From Chiloscyllium plagiosum (taxonomy: Eukaryota): a stretch of 63,086 nucleotides of DNA. Location: positions 6,255,829 to 6,318,914 of the forward strand of contig NC_057758.1 in NCBI RefSeq assembly GCF_004010195.1, given 5' to 3'. The notes under the pieces are model-generated. The model saw only the letters and a list, made by a program, of their open reading frames with translations. It did no database searches and was not told the origin of the DNA. Below, piece after piece: positions 12,560 to 25,448 of the stretch (within the stretch, counting starts at the first letter, position 1; each line of letters opens with the position of its first letter). The position numbers and the translations under genes are program-made.

Positions 12560-15500
12560 TGTCTGAGTTGCAGCAAACGTTTGAAGGCTGTCGGTATGGT
12601 AGCCTTCATTGCAAGAGGTTTGAAGTTCAGAAGAGCCTGTGTGAGACTACCGCTTCAGTACTTTGTGTAATTTTGGTCTCTTTACCTCAAATAGTAGATT
12701 TTCAGCAGAGCTGGAATGCCCATTGAGAGGATTCCGTCAATGAAATGATGGTTGACGTGATCATTCTCACGTATGTTTTCTTGCCGTTTTCCCATAACCT
12801 TTGATACCATTCCTGATCAAGAATCTCTGAATCAGAGCGTTAAGTGAACTTAAGGTCCACAGCCCCTGGCTGTAAATGACTCTGAGGGTTTACTGCCACC
12901 TGAGAGAAGAAAACACTTTTCATCTCTGCTGAAATGGGCAACCCCTTGTTCTGAGATGTTATCCTGTGGTCGTAGAGTTTCTGACAAAAGGAAACAGCCT
13001 ATGATCATCTGCGTTGTCAAGTCCGCTGAGAATCTGGTATATTTCAATGCAGTTGCCTCTTGTTCTATGAAACGTCAATGAGTACACGACAAACAACTAA
13101 ACCATTCCACATCAGATAGTCCCTCCTTAATTGTGATTAGTTTAGGAAACCTTTTCATGAGCATGGTGGGCAAGTAGGATCAGAGTGCATGGGTGAAGTC
13201 AAGAGTGTGCTCCACCCCTCAGCTATTGTCAGTCTGTACAGGAACCAGTTCTCCAAGTGGGACGTGTCTTAAAGACCTTCTGCGTAGCTTTTTAGGTCTC
13301 TGCAAGAGGCACCAACTGTCGTTCAGTTCACGAAAGATCTGGATCAGTCATGATGCCGCTGAGAACCGTTCTGGTGGAACTGCATAAAGCATTGCTCAGG
13401 TTACAGGCAGAGTGGAGAGCGCAGTTCTGGAATCTACGTTTTAGGAGGGGTGTGATAGAACTGCGGAGTAACGTGAAGGTGGGCACCAGGTAGTGGTTGT
13501 TAGAGCAGATTTGCTGTCGTGTTGCCTGAATTTAAGAGTTTCTGTTGTGCAGAGAACTTGAAAACATTGAATATGTTTTCACAGAAGAAAGCATCTTGAG
13601 AGATGACATGATATTGGTCACTAAAAGATGAAAACAATTGACAGGTCGCAGAAATAACTGTTCTGGCTTATTGTGCGATCAAAGTCAGGGGATATAGATC
13701 TACAGTAAAGGGTAACCGATTTAGAGTGGACGAGGAATTTGATTTTTTCTCAATAGGTGGTGAGATTCTGGAACTGTGAGGGTGGTGAATATAAGGTCCA
13801 TAACATCCAAAAAGTATTGAGAAGACAGTACAAAGATGCATCTTGGATCCAAGTCCGTTGGTCACCGTTCAGATACTGAAGGAGTCCAATTACAACAAGG
13901 TCAAGAAAATAATTGGGTTTAGGGTGAGAAGTCATAAGTCGCATTTGCACTACACAAATGCCAGGTTCGAACCATCACCAATCAGAGACAACCCAAACAA
14001 AGCCCATTTGTGCTCAATGGTGTTAACATCACTGAATCACTGACTGTCAACATCCGGAGGTTATCACTGTGAGGGTGGTGAGGGTGGTGAATATAAGGTC
14101 CATAACATCCAAAAAGTATTGAGAAGACAATACAGAGATGCATCTTTGATCCAAGTCCGTTGCTCTCTTAAAGTACCGTGGGAAAAAGCCTAGCACCATA
14201 CGTTACAAAGAAGGTTTTGATCCTAGACGGCATTCAGTGCAAGTTTACAATGACGATACTTGAATTTTGATGTTTACACACTGAGGAGAGACGAGAGCAA
14301 TTGGGCCTTATTACTCTCGAAATTAGAAGGTTAACGCTAATTGTTGGGCTCAGCCAGTGACGCTCACGTGGTAGTCTAAGAGTCAGGGCCAGGCCATTCA
14401 GGAGAGATGATAGAGAACAATTCTGCAGACAAAGCGTATTCGAGATTTGGGATTCTCTTCCTCAAACAGCAGTGGATGCTAATGCAAGTTTTAAATTTAT
14501 ACCTGAAAGAGACATGCTTATAAAATTTACCAAGGGTATCAAGGATATGTGCCCAAGGCAGGCAAATGTAGCTATCTACATATCAGCCACGATATTGTTG
14601 AGTGGCTGACAGGGGTAGACTGGTTGAATAACCACCTCCTGTTCCGAAGAAGAACTGATTTTTGTTCTCTGTCATTTCATTCAATAGTGAGGTCAGTGTC
14701 TCAGTTCCTGTTCCGTTTTTGATCCATTTAAACTTAGGTTCCAGCTGTTGTCAGTCTCAGTTAGTTAGCTACATCTTAATAGAACCTGAAGTGCAGCCAG
14801 TCGCTATTGTGTCAATAATTAATAATACCACAGTAATCTAAGAGCTCATAAGAAGTGGATCTTTGTTCGAATCTAAACATTCTCCCTCTCAGAATCACAA
14901 CAGAGATGTGGATGACACTGGTGTTGCTGCTTGGAGCTCTGGTGTTAATGGAAGCTAATGTTATTGGTACGTACATTTGTTGACCTTGCATGTAGAGGTT
15001 TGTGCATCTTCCGTCGGCAAACAGAGGAACCACGGGTTGGAACAATGACCACTGTGGTCTTAAAGTTTTTGCTTCTGTTCGGTTGGATCATTTGTGTTCC
15101 TTCCATCTGCCCATACAGTTTCCATAATTATGGAAAAGAAGCATTATTCTACTCAGAATGTTACTGATTGGAATTCCCAGGCTGTTTTAACATTATGCTC
15201 ATGCATTCTTTCTCATTGCAAACATTATTGGCCAATGAGCTGTTCCCTGCCACGTCAGGCGTCCCATCGACATACTGCACTTCAGTAACAGCGAGTTCTT
15301 GTACACACACAGTGTCCCTTTCTCTGAGCTGGGAAGATCTTTATTCAGGTCCTACTGGATCCACGGGTGAAACATAGCTTCGCTGAAGAGGCTGATTCGA
15401 ATGCAGCTTCGCCAAAATTTGTGACATATTCATGGCAAAATTCAAAGAGATTGTAGGATAAAAGTCAGGAGGTTATCTACAAGTCTCCAAGGCTCCTGTT

Positions 15501-17950
15501 ATAACACAGCTAGAATAGTGTGAACAATTTTTGTTCCCTTAGTGAAGGAAATGCAAACTGCATTTGGGGGCCGTCCATTGAGAGTTCATTCAGCTGTAAT
15601 CATTTGTGGAGGGATTGTTTTGTGATGAGGCGTTGATTATGTTGGGCCTGCGCTGAGTGAAGTGCAGAGGAACGAGAAGCGACCTTATTGAAACATTTAA
15701 TATTTTTAGTGGATTTGACAGCGTTGCTGAAGAGCTGTTAGTACCCCTTCTTGGAAAGTTTCAGAACAGAGGGCATCATTACTTAATGAGGTGCCACCAT
15801 TTAAACACAGAAATGTGAAGACATTTATTCCCTCAGAGGGGAGTGAACCGGTGGCTTTGGCTGAAGGGTGGGGGTTTGTGTGTGATTGAGCGTTCGATCA
15901 TAAAATCAGAGCCTGGGAGAGACCCTTAACGCCATCTTGTCTAAACCATGAAACAGCACTTTGAAATCTACAACAGCCCCATTAACCAAAGTCTGGCATA
16001 TCGCCCGAATTGAAAAAAATTCTGCAAGTGTTCATCCACGTCTTAGAACATAAAACATAGAGCAGGTCAGCACAGCACAGTCCAGACACTTCGGCCCTCG
16101 AATGTGCGCCGACCTTTTATTCTACTCTAATATCAATCTATACTACATACTTCATTGTAGTATCTCACATGTGTGTATCCAAGAGTCGCTAAAGTGTCCC
16201 TTAAGTATTTCGTTCTATTACAACTGAAGGCAGTAAATTCAATGTACCCATCACTCTTTTTCTGAAAAGGTTTTGAGATTTCCTGCATCAAATATCCTAC
16301 CAGGCAATACATTGCAGGAACCCACATCCTTCTGGGTGAAACCGTTTACCTTCAAATCTGTTCTAAATGTCGTGACGTTTACATGAAAATCGTGCCCCCC
16401 CCCCTTGCATGAGCCCTTTGACTTCGCCACTGTTTTCTATTCAACCTGTCCATACCATTCATTATCTTAAATACATCATACAGACACTATCTCAACCCTC
16501 CATTCTCAATAGGACACATCTCGAGCTGCTCAACATCTCTTCAAAAGGTAAGTGCGTCATTGCAGGCTATGTCGTGGTGAATATCCTCTGTATCCTCTAC
16601 AGTCCAACCACAGCTTTTCGGTGGAGAACAGGACTCCGTCCAGTACTCCAGCCGGCGTCTCACTAAAGTCCTGTATAGCGACAAAATAACCTCCTTGCTC
16701 TTAAAATATATGACATAATTGATAAAGCCAAGATGCTCCTTTGCATTCTTCTCTCCCCTATTATTCACTCCTACCACATTCATGGATCAGTGGACAAGCA
16801 GATTAATATCCCTGTGCGCCTTTCAGCTTCCTCGTGACCCGCCTTTCATTGCGTGCTCCTTTGTCTTGCTCCTGCTTCCAACGTACATCACCTTACACTT
16901 CAGGTTTAAATATGACCTGTCACTGATCTGAACATCTGAAAAAAAGACAATTATATCCGCCTATAATCGAAAGTATATCGTGTCTGACTGGTAAAATCAA
17001 GCAATCATTTTTAATTCTTTATTCTAGTTCCTATCGATTTGTGTGATGGGGGCGGAAGGTTCTGCAGTAGACTACAATGTGAGAAACGAAAGGCAAAGTT
17101 GGTAGGAGGGAAATGCCCGTCTATGCGATGGTGTTGTTTACCTCTCTAACATCAAAGATGGAATGTCAACGCTGGAAAGCATCTGAGTTTCCGACTGGAG
17201 AGATCTGTCATCTCAACATTTCAGCCTCCACTTGATTGTGCTAATCCATTGAGACCAGACACTGTTTTCTCAGACATATGAATAAAATTGTGTGAACATG
17301 AGAAACATTGATTGTCTATGTCTCATTTCACATTCAGATCAGTGTCTTAAAAAAAGCGACAGAGAGGAAGTTCAGAAAACAAACAACATACATTGATTGC
17401 ATTTTGCTTGGAGAAGCCCAGCTGCTCAGCAGGCCTTGGTAATGCGCAAAGTAGAGGACAGTGCAAAGTTCTGGTGTGGAGGTTCTGAAGAGGGAGTAAA
17501 GAGATTTAACAGAGTGTCATCTGGATGGTAGAATATCATCAATGATGAGAGATTGCATAATGCTAGATTGTTTTTGCTAGGGTTTTGGAGGCTCAGGGAC
17601 CTGAGCAGTGTATATACAATTATGAGAAGCATGTATAAGTTTTCTCGTCAGCGCCTTTTCTCCAGGTTGGAAAGATGAAATACTAGCGGGCTTAGGTCCA
17701 AGATGAGAGGGGAAAGGTCTCAAGGAAAATAGCGAGTAAATCGTTTTCGCAGTCGGTGTTTGGCGTCCGAATGGCACTGCCAAGGGAGATGGTGGAAATG
17801 GTTACTTACAGCAAAGGTGATATACATTCATTCATAGTCAGAGTTCACAGGGAGACAGGCCATATGCAAACAGATCAGCAGAGTGCACAATGACACTGTG
17901 TTTCTAAGAGACGTGTTGGTCAAACGTGCTTCGTCTTGTGCTGTACTGTT
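12560..17950. mobile_element. Patchwork of old CR1 3' fragments on both strands, with unique intervals
   Basis: Recurrent decayed CR1 C-terminal motifs, for example VILSLYRTLVRRRLEY (16541-16783, minus strand). CATAGA-type tails at about 16045-16070 and TGCTGTACTGTTCTAT at about 17940. Confidence 0.55.
13773..14162. repeat. 207-bp copy of 10913-11119 inserted between two copies of an about 88-bp flank
   Basis: 13863-14069 matches 10913-11119 almost exactly, and 13773-13860 matches 14066-14162. Confidence 0.9.
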
Positions 17951-18064
17951 CTATTTTTTATTGAAGAATTTTTTTTAATGCGGAGAGGTTGGGTATGCTC
18001 TGCTTGTTTTCTTTGGAGCACTGGAGGTAGGGGAGAGACTCGGGAGGTGAAAATATTATGAGGG

Positions 18065-18205
18065 TCACGGGGTCAAGAGTGTGTTGCTGGAAAAGTACAG
18101 CAGGTCAGACAGCATCCGAGGAGCAAAAGAATCGTCATTTCGGGCATAAGACCTTCATCACACTCTCACCTCTGACCTCCAGCATCTGCAGTCCTCATTT
18201 TCTCC
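18065..18205 (-). mobile_element. Solo Penelope terminal-repeat (pLTR) fragment with inverted piece
   Basis: Reverse complement of the 28110-28247 pLTR family, plus a short plus-strand piece. The 9-bp TSD TTATGAGGG is at 18056-18064 and 18206-18214, inside a CR1 fragment. Confidence 0.78.
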
Positions 18206-19362
18206 TTATGAGGGAAACTGACAGAGTTAACATAAAACACCTGCTCCCCCCAGATGAAAGATTAATATCGTGTCACTACATTTCGGCATTGATGGGGAGA
18301 ATGTTTAAAGAGGAGGTGAGGAGAAACATTTTACAACAGAGGGTTTTGGGCATCTACAGTGCATTGCCTGTTGATAGCTGAGGCGGTTAACATGACAAAC
18401 ATTTAAAAAGCTTTGGATTAACTCCTTGAAATATCCTAATATTCAAAACCATGTGCTAACGTTTGGGGTAATGGGAATCTAGTGTAGAATTCAAGTATCA
18501 CTTCACACATTTCCAATAACCTTGTACTTTATTATTCTGTTCCCGAACACACTCAAACTGCTGCCTGAAGCCAATCACTGGTTCGTTCTGCAGGCTTCAT
18601 GGCAGAGGTGGGTGTGGGTGGGGCAGTGAGGGTTTGGGTGGGGAGGGAGTCGAAGAGGCAGCGTCTTTTCAACTCGAAAGGGCACTTTGGGAGGAACACT
18701 GGGAATTCCAGTGGCCTTATGTTCTCAGCTAAAAGACTGGAAAGGAAATTGGGAGTTACAACAGGATAGAGCAGGAAACAAACAAACAAAAATACATTGT
18801 TTGCCGACAAGCCACCTGCACTGGGCTTATTTCATTACAATTCACATTGTTCAAGCAGGGAGTGAAATGCAACTATGCATGGCTTACATTAGGAAGTGAA
18901 TAGACCAGTGAGTTGGCAGGGTACAGTAAAATATCTCCCTGTCGCAAACACCATGTATTGCTAATAGACGCCAGCAGACATTCTCTGTGAAATCATCTGA
19001 ACATCCGGACACAGAACAAGAATAGGCCACTTAACCCTTCGTGTCCAATCAGCCCGAAACCATTCACACTCAGCAAGATCATGGTTGTTTCAATTTTATC
19101 CTCAAATCTGCATTCTTGCCTTACATCTGGTCATCTTTGATTGCCTCAATCCTCAGGAATCTATCAACATCTGCCGTAACAAAAATGTTTGCAAAGACTG
19201 CCTTTCAAGGAAGACATTTCCAAAGACTCACAACCCTCTGATTTGGAGAGAAACAAGTACCCTCGTCTCTCTTTTACAGTTTCTTCTTTATTTTTAAGCA
19301 ATAGGATCCATATTTCTGGAATCTGAACTGTGTATTCACAGCTTGGAAGAGAATGTGAAGAG

Positions 19363-19610
19363 CCCGCCTCAGGCGACTGACTGTGTGGAGTTTGTACGTT
19401 CTCCCCGTGTCTGCGTGGGTTTCCTCCGGGTGCTCCGGTTTCCTCCCACAGTCCAAAGATGTGCAAGGCCAGGTGAATTGGCCATACTAAATTGCCCGTA
19501 GTGTTAGGTAAGGGGTAAATGTAGAGGTATGGGTGGGTTGCGCTTCGGCGGGTCGGCGTGGACTTGTTGGGCCAGAGGGCCTGTTTCCACACTGTAATGT
19601 AATCCAATCT
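19363..19610 (+). mobile_element. HE1-like V-SINE, 5'-truncated
   Basis: Full V-domain (GAGTTTGTACGTTCTCCCCGTGTCTGCGTGGGTTTCCTCCGGGTGCTCCGG) and 3' tail. Confidence 0.9.
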
Positions 19611-19982
19611 GTAAAATCTATATGATTATTAAATTGGCAGATGACTTGAAATACAGTATTATGGTTGATAGTGACGATCAAGTGTCACCAATTTCAAGCA
19701 GAGCTGAAGAGGTATTTATTTTCTTACAAGTTAGTTTATGTGTGGAAATATTCCCCGCAGAAGGCTGTTGAGATTGTATCCTTAAGAAAATTCAGAGTTC
19801 AGATGCATAGATTTTTAAGCAGGAAAAAGGGAGGAACGTGAATTTGAGGACTATCAGGTCATTCACGATCTAATGAATGTTTCAAAAGTCTGGAAACACC
19901 GTATGGCCTTATATTGCACCTACATATGATGGTGTTAAGAAGACAGATTGATAAGACAGACGAGGAACTACACATTTTGGCC

Positions 19983-20395
19983 AGAAAGGCTAAGGTACTT
20001 GGGGTTGTTTTCATTATTTTCTTTGGAGAAAAGAAGGTTTAGGGGTGACTTGATAGAGGTGTACAAGATGATTAGGGGTTTAGATAGGGTTGACCATGAG
20101 AACCTTTTTCCACGTATGGAGTCAGCTATTACGAGGGGACATAGCTTTGAATTAAGGGGTGGTAGGTATAGGACAGATGTTAGGGGTAGGTTCTTTACTC
20201 AGCGAGTCGTGAGTTCATGGAATGCACTGCCAGTAGCAGTGGTGGACTCTCCCTCTTTATGGGCATTTAAGCGGGCATTGGATAGACATATAGAGGATAG
20301 TGGGCTAGTGTAGGTTAGGTGGGCTTGGATCGGCGCAACATCGAGGGACGAAGGGCCTGTACTGCGCTGTATTCTTCTATGTTCTATATTCTATC
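19983..20395 (+). mobile_element. Young CR1 3' fragment
   Basis: Open frame LEKRRFRGDLIEVYKMIRGLDRV..RFFTQRVVSSWNALP..FKRALDRH, followed by a TTCTATG tail. Confidence 0.9.
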
Positions 20396-21149
20396 TTCTG
20401 CTGATCACCATAAATCCACAATGTGCGGTGCATGAACACCTGAGAGTGTTATATGAAAAATGACAAGTTTTTGTAGTTAATCAAGAGACAGCTATGGCGG
20501 AAATAGACTCCAAAATTAACGAGAAAAAGCACTGGGCTAAAAAAATGCGAAAAGCGTCAACAGGAGGAATGCAGAGACTCGTTATAATATTCCGTGTAGC
20601 TGTTTGTGCATATCATGACAGGTGTCAGTGCCCACGACATGTATAAACAGCTGGACGGAATATTTTGGGTTGTTTGAGTTGAGAAAAAAATTCTGAATTC
20701 TGGACAAGTCTTTCTGCTCCACTGGCCTGCCCGAACCTTTGGAACAGAAGCATTTCCTCAGATTACAGACACCAGCCATCACTTGGCCAGCATAAAGCTC
20801 GAATAATTCTACTTTATTGGCTGCTCGTATCTTTCTCTTTAGTCAGCAGAGGGACGGATAGATGCAGATTTGAGCTGATGTTCTTGTACCCTGAGGTTAA
20901 ATGACTTCCATGTATGGAAAGAACTGGCTGGCAAATTCGCAACCAAAAAAAAAAAAACAAATACAATTGTCATCGTCCTTCGGAATTCTTTGCAAGGAGA
21001 AGAGGAGAAGGAGATTATCCTGTCCATCAATACATCTTCCATCAAGTCAATCTTCGCCTTTCAGTGCAATTTTGGCTGATGTCGTCATCTTCAACTTAAG
21101 TTTCCTGCTGTTTCCTCAGAACAAGATTCCCGTTCCAGATTGAAATACT

Positions 21150-22000
21150 CTCTGTCTCAGCTTTGATTTTACTTAATTAACCAGCCTCAAAAGCCCTCTA
21201 AAATAAAGGACCCTCCAGATTTACCAGCCTATGCGAGAAAGCAAATCCTCCTTCTCTTTGTCTAAAATCAGCGACCCCTTTTCATGAGATGATGTCCTCT
21301 CAACCGAGACACTCCCTAAATATATAACAACCTCTCTGCATCCACTCTGTCAAATCCTCTAAAAATTACTGTATATTTTTTAAAAAGTCTCTCATTTTTC
21401 TACATTTCAATGAATACATTTCAAAACAATCAATCTCTCATAATGTATTCGTTCCTGGGATCAACAAAGTGAACTTTCTCTGGACTGGCTCCAATACAAA
21501 TATATATTTTTTTCTTTACAAAACGTGCTCAAAGCCGTTCAGAATATTGCAGCTGTGGTCTGACCAGTGCGATGTTGTAGATTTACCAAGACCTCCCAAC
21601 CTTTGCAATCTATTTCGTTTGAAATAACGACCAACAAATTATTTGAGTTCCCTATTCTCCACATAACCTTGCATACTGGACTTGATTTTTTTGTGTGATT
21701 CATGCAGACGGACAGTTGAATATTTTCATTTTGCAGCTTTCTGCAGTCTTCCTTGTTCTAAATACTAGGCATATCCTCGATGCTTTCTGCCAATGTACAT
21801 TGCCTCACATTATCCCACATTACATTTCATCAGTAGGTTTTTTTCACACAACGAATTTATTTCTATCCTTCTGCAGACAATTTCTGTCATCCTCGCTACT
21901 TGCCTTTCCTCCTGCTTTTCTACGAGTTACCTCATATCCAATGTATGCATGAAATAATTATGGCCCCAGAACTCGTCTCTGCGTCCCAATTGTGGGTTGC
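21150..22000 (-). mobile_element. Decayed CR1 3' fragment
   Basis: Reverse-strand resemblance to the CR1 C-terminal region, e.g. GAATATTGCAGCTGTGGTCTGACCAGTGC (LVRPQLQY). Confidence 0.55.
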
Positions 22001-22898
22001 TGTCTGTGATCCTGAATTTGCACTCAACTGACACATCTCTGCCTTGTGTTAGATCACCAATTGTATATGATAATAGAAAGTTAGAAGCAGTAGTAGACCA
22101 TTCGGCACTTTTAATTTTTTCTGCCATGATAATGCTGGTCATCTCGCTCACACGTTTCTTTTTCACTTTCTGCCCGTGGTTTTGCTTAGTTTAATCCTCA
22201 GGCCTATCTACAACTCCTTCTACATAACGTTCAATGTTTCGATCTGAACTGCCTTCTGTGGCACGGAATTCCACACGCTTGCCCCTCTTGATGAACAAGC
22301 TTTTCCTCATTTCGGTCTAAGAGTTCTATCATGGATCCCTCGAAATTACCAATTATTTTCCTATCTAATTTCTCACAGCAATATTCATCCCGACACGTGA
22401 AGAATCCTAGTTCTTGGACATGCCTACTTTCGAAGGCACTGATTGACATTTGGAATTCACAAGAGCTTCGTCACTACTCTCTAACATACAGGCAGTAGTA
22501 ACCGATCATGTTCAGTCACCATCCCTTCCTTGAACATCACTAGTCCGTATCCTGTCCCGAATGAGTAAATGTTCCTTTCTGTGGTCCAAATAATGCTGAA
22601 GCGAAGGGGTTAAAGCAAACCTGTTATTTCAAACCTTTCAAGTATCATCAGTCTCTGCGGTACTGAACAGTGTCTCTGGAGACTGACTCTCTGATGGAAG
22701 AAAATATCATCCTATTCACTGAAGTATTCCATACTGTTGTGTGAGCATCGTCTCTGTAGTTCGAGTCAGCAGCGAATCTAGATAGAGTGAGAGGGAGAGC
22801 GAGTTTGAGAGAGAAAGAGAATGTGATCAGATCTTACTGCAAGAGACTGGAACTTCACAATAAGTGTACAGAAGTTAAGGAAAGTCGATTGGACCATC

Positions 22899-23127
22899 AT
22901 GAGAATGGTTGACAATCTGAATACAAAGGACTGGAATATACTTGCAATGGATAAGAATCTGGAAACAATGAACTGGAATGTTACAATACATTTCAGGAGT
23001 CTATCTTGGTATCTTTTCGTACTTTCCACTTACTATGATCGTTTGCCATTGCGATCCCGAATACAATATACACTTTACATTATTCAAGGATATTACTATC
23101 CCATCATTGGTTTTGTAGGAATTTCCG
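22899..23127 (+). CDS. GPR139/GPR142-like class A GPCR, gene A, exon 1 (N-terminus and start of TM1)
   Basis: The frame ends ..IIQGYYYPIIGFVGIS, followed by a consensus donor G|GTAAGT at 23127/23128. This phase-1 donor matches the acceptor at 28864. An NVT sequon is present. The start codon is ambiguous because there are several in-frame ATGs. Confidence 0.82.
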
Positions 23128-24309
23128 GTAAGTCTTGCTATCCAAGTATTGACTCGAAGTGAAAACTACTTGTGAATTCATGAGCGTCCTTGCCAATTGT
23201 TCTCTCTCATATCTCCTAATTAACAGTCTCCTTTCTTTTGTTGAACCTCTATATCCGGTTTTGGGCATTTATATTCGTTTTTTTTTAAGTACAGGAGTAA
23301 ATTGTTAAATTCAGTGGTATCAATGTTTATTTATCAGTCTGTAAAACCCGATTCGTATCTGCCTTGACTAGTTAGGTTTTGGAAGATCGCAGCATGCAAA
23401 TTCTATTGACTATCTACTGACTTCACTTCATCATCGCATGAGTTTGAAACAGGTTGTACCACCTTCACTTTTTAGTAATCATTGTGAAATATTGATAAAG
23501 GGAAAAGAGTAGGAGCAGTCAATAAAATGGTCATTCCATCCTGATCCACCATTCCGTGCAATCATGCCTATTCATCTCTGCCTTTGTGAACTTGTCCCTC
23601 CTTATCTCAGTTCTACACTTTATCGTTGGCCTGTGACAGTATCATCCTTCCTGCGTTCGCCATGTCTAGTCCTGCTCGAATTGTTAGTCTGAGGTTTCAA
23701 TGAGATCTTCCCCGATCTGCCCACACCCACGCCATTCTTCCAAACCCCATCAGATGCTGTCCTTTCCGAGGCAGTGTCTCTTAAAACATTAATCCTGCGA
23801 TCACAGCAATCCGTGTGAGAGCAAGAGACTTGAACTGCACAATAGATGAAGTCATCTCATATATTCTACATCACCAAATTGTCACCGGCTTCCTTAGCAG
23901 TAAATTCAAACTTAACTCTTCACATACTCAGCTGGTCACTTTCTCGTTTCAAAGATGCATGGGCGAAGTGTCATGAAACAAATGCCGCCGTCCCATCAGC
24001 TCTGTGTTCACTCGTCTACGTTCAGGCATACCGTGATAGCTCCTCAATATTGACATTTCAATTAATATTTCTGCACTTTTATGACGCCCAAATTCCTCAT
24101 CCGCTGCCCATTTCAAACGTTCGTGCGTTTTTTTGTAAATCAAAGTCGGTGTTCAGACAGACAGCATTTTCATTATTAGCTCTGTTTCAGAGATGTCCCA
24201 ATTTGGTATGTGCTGATAAGGTGCCAATGACAGAAATCAAACAATCCAGAATCTAATCCTATGATCAAGAGACAAGGACTCGAACCTGACAATGATCTTG
24301 TGAAGATGG

Positions 24310-24985
24310 ACCAGGTGCCGGCCATTCAGCCTCTTGTGGCAGGTCGACCATTTAACTTGATCATGGCTGACGTAATCTCGGTCACAATTCCACTTTCATG
24401 CCCGTTGCCTTTGACTACTTGCTCATTAAAGGAATGTCAATATCCTCATAAATTCTGTCTGTGCCCAGACATCAACAGCACTTTGGAGCGGTTTATTCCA
24501 CGAATTCACAACACATTAAAATACCACCGATTTTCAACGTTCATTACCCATTATCCCAAACATAACACCTATCCTTCTGGATCGTCCCAAAAGTGGAATA
24601 TTTCCCTCTCAACTCAATTTGTCCATCTGATATTGCATTTTCCAAAGCACAAATAGATCTCCTCTGATTCTTGGAAAGGCCAGAGTATATGCAGTTGTAC
24701 TCCTCAAAACCTCTTCCCCGCGGGACAAGTCTGACATTTCTGGAACTGATTTAGTGAATCCCCCTCTTAAGTACCTCCCATGTAATAGCATCCCTGCTCT
24801 CGTAAGTGGAGCAAAATTGAGAACAGTACTACAGGTGCAGTCTCATAAATGTCTTCTACAGATAAAGCAACTTTTCCCTACTTTTATGCTTCTTTTTCAT
24901 CAAGGAATGCTAGAAATTGCAATTTCTCTCCTTATTACATGTTGTAACTTCACACAAGTATTCTGTGATTCATTGTATCATGGTG
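24310..24985 (-). mobile_element. Decayed CR1 3' fragment in the gene A intron
   Basis: Reverse complement of the CR1 3' UTR (GCCATTCAGCC..ATCATGGCTGA) and of the C-terminal coding region (HLYCSQFCSTY-like). Confidence 0.55.
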
Positions 24986-25448
24986 TTATTTGAATTCTAT
25001 AAAGGACTGGAATGAAATGCTCGTCTCATCATGAGCCTTTTGTTATTGTCAGCAATTAAAAGAAAAACTATTCCAATTGGTTTATATGTTTGACCGAATG
25101 AATTGCTGTGCTATTATGCTACCCTGTATTATTAGTGAAGTGATGTAAGCGGTGGTCTCGATTGCACGCATCCTACAAGACATAGACCAGATCAGTAAAA
25201 GGCAAACAATCTTTTTTCTTTACTTCACACGTGTACATGTCGACGCTGGCCAGTCCAACATTTATTGCCCGCCCCTGGTTACCAAGTGCCAGAACATTTT
25301 TGAAATCTTGTAGTTCATGGCCTTGACGAGGGATTTCCAGGGATTGATGCAGTGACAGTGAAGGAAAGATGATACATTGCCAAGTCTATCTGGTGAGTGG
25401 CTCAGTGAGGAATTTGGGAAAGGTATGCTTTCAGAAATTTGCTGCAAT

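Noticed and set aside
20833..21080. Possible CXC-chemokine-like exon (DLS*CSCTLRL..NTIVIVLRN..KEIILS) pairing with the leader exon at 14906
   Set aside because: It needs a stop repaired, lacks the third and fourth cysteines and the usual internal intron, and contains a poly-A run. The similarity is too weak to support.
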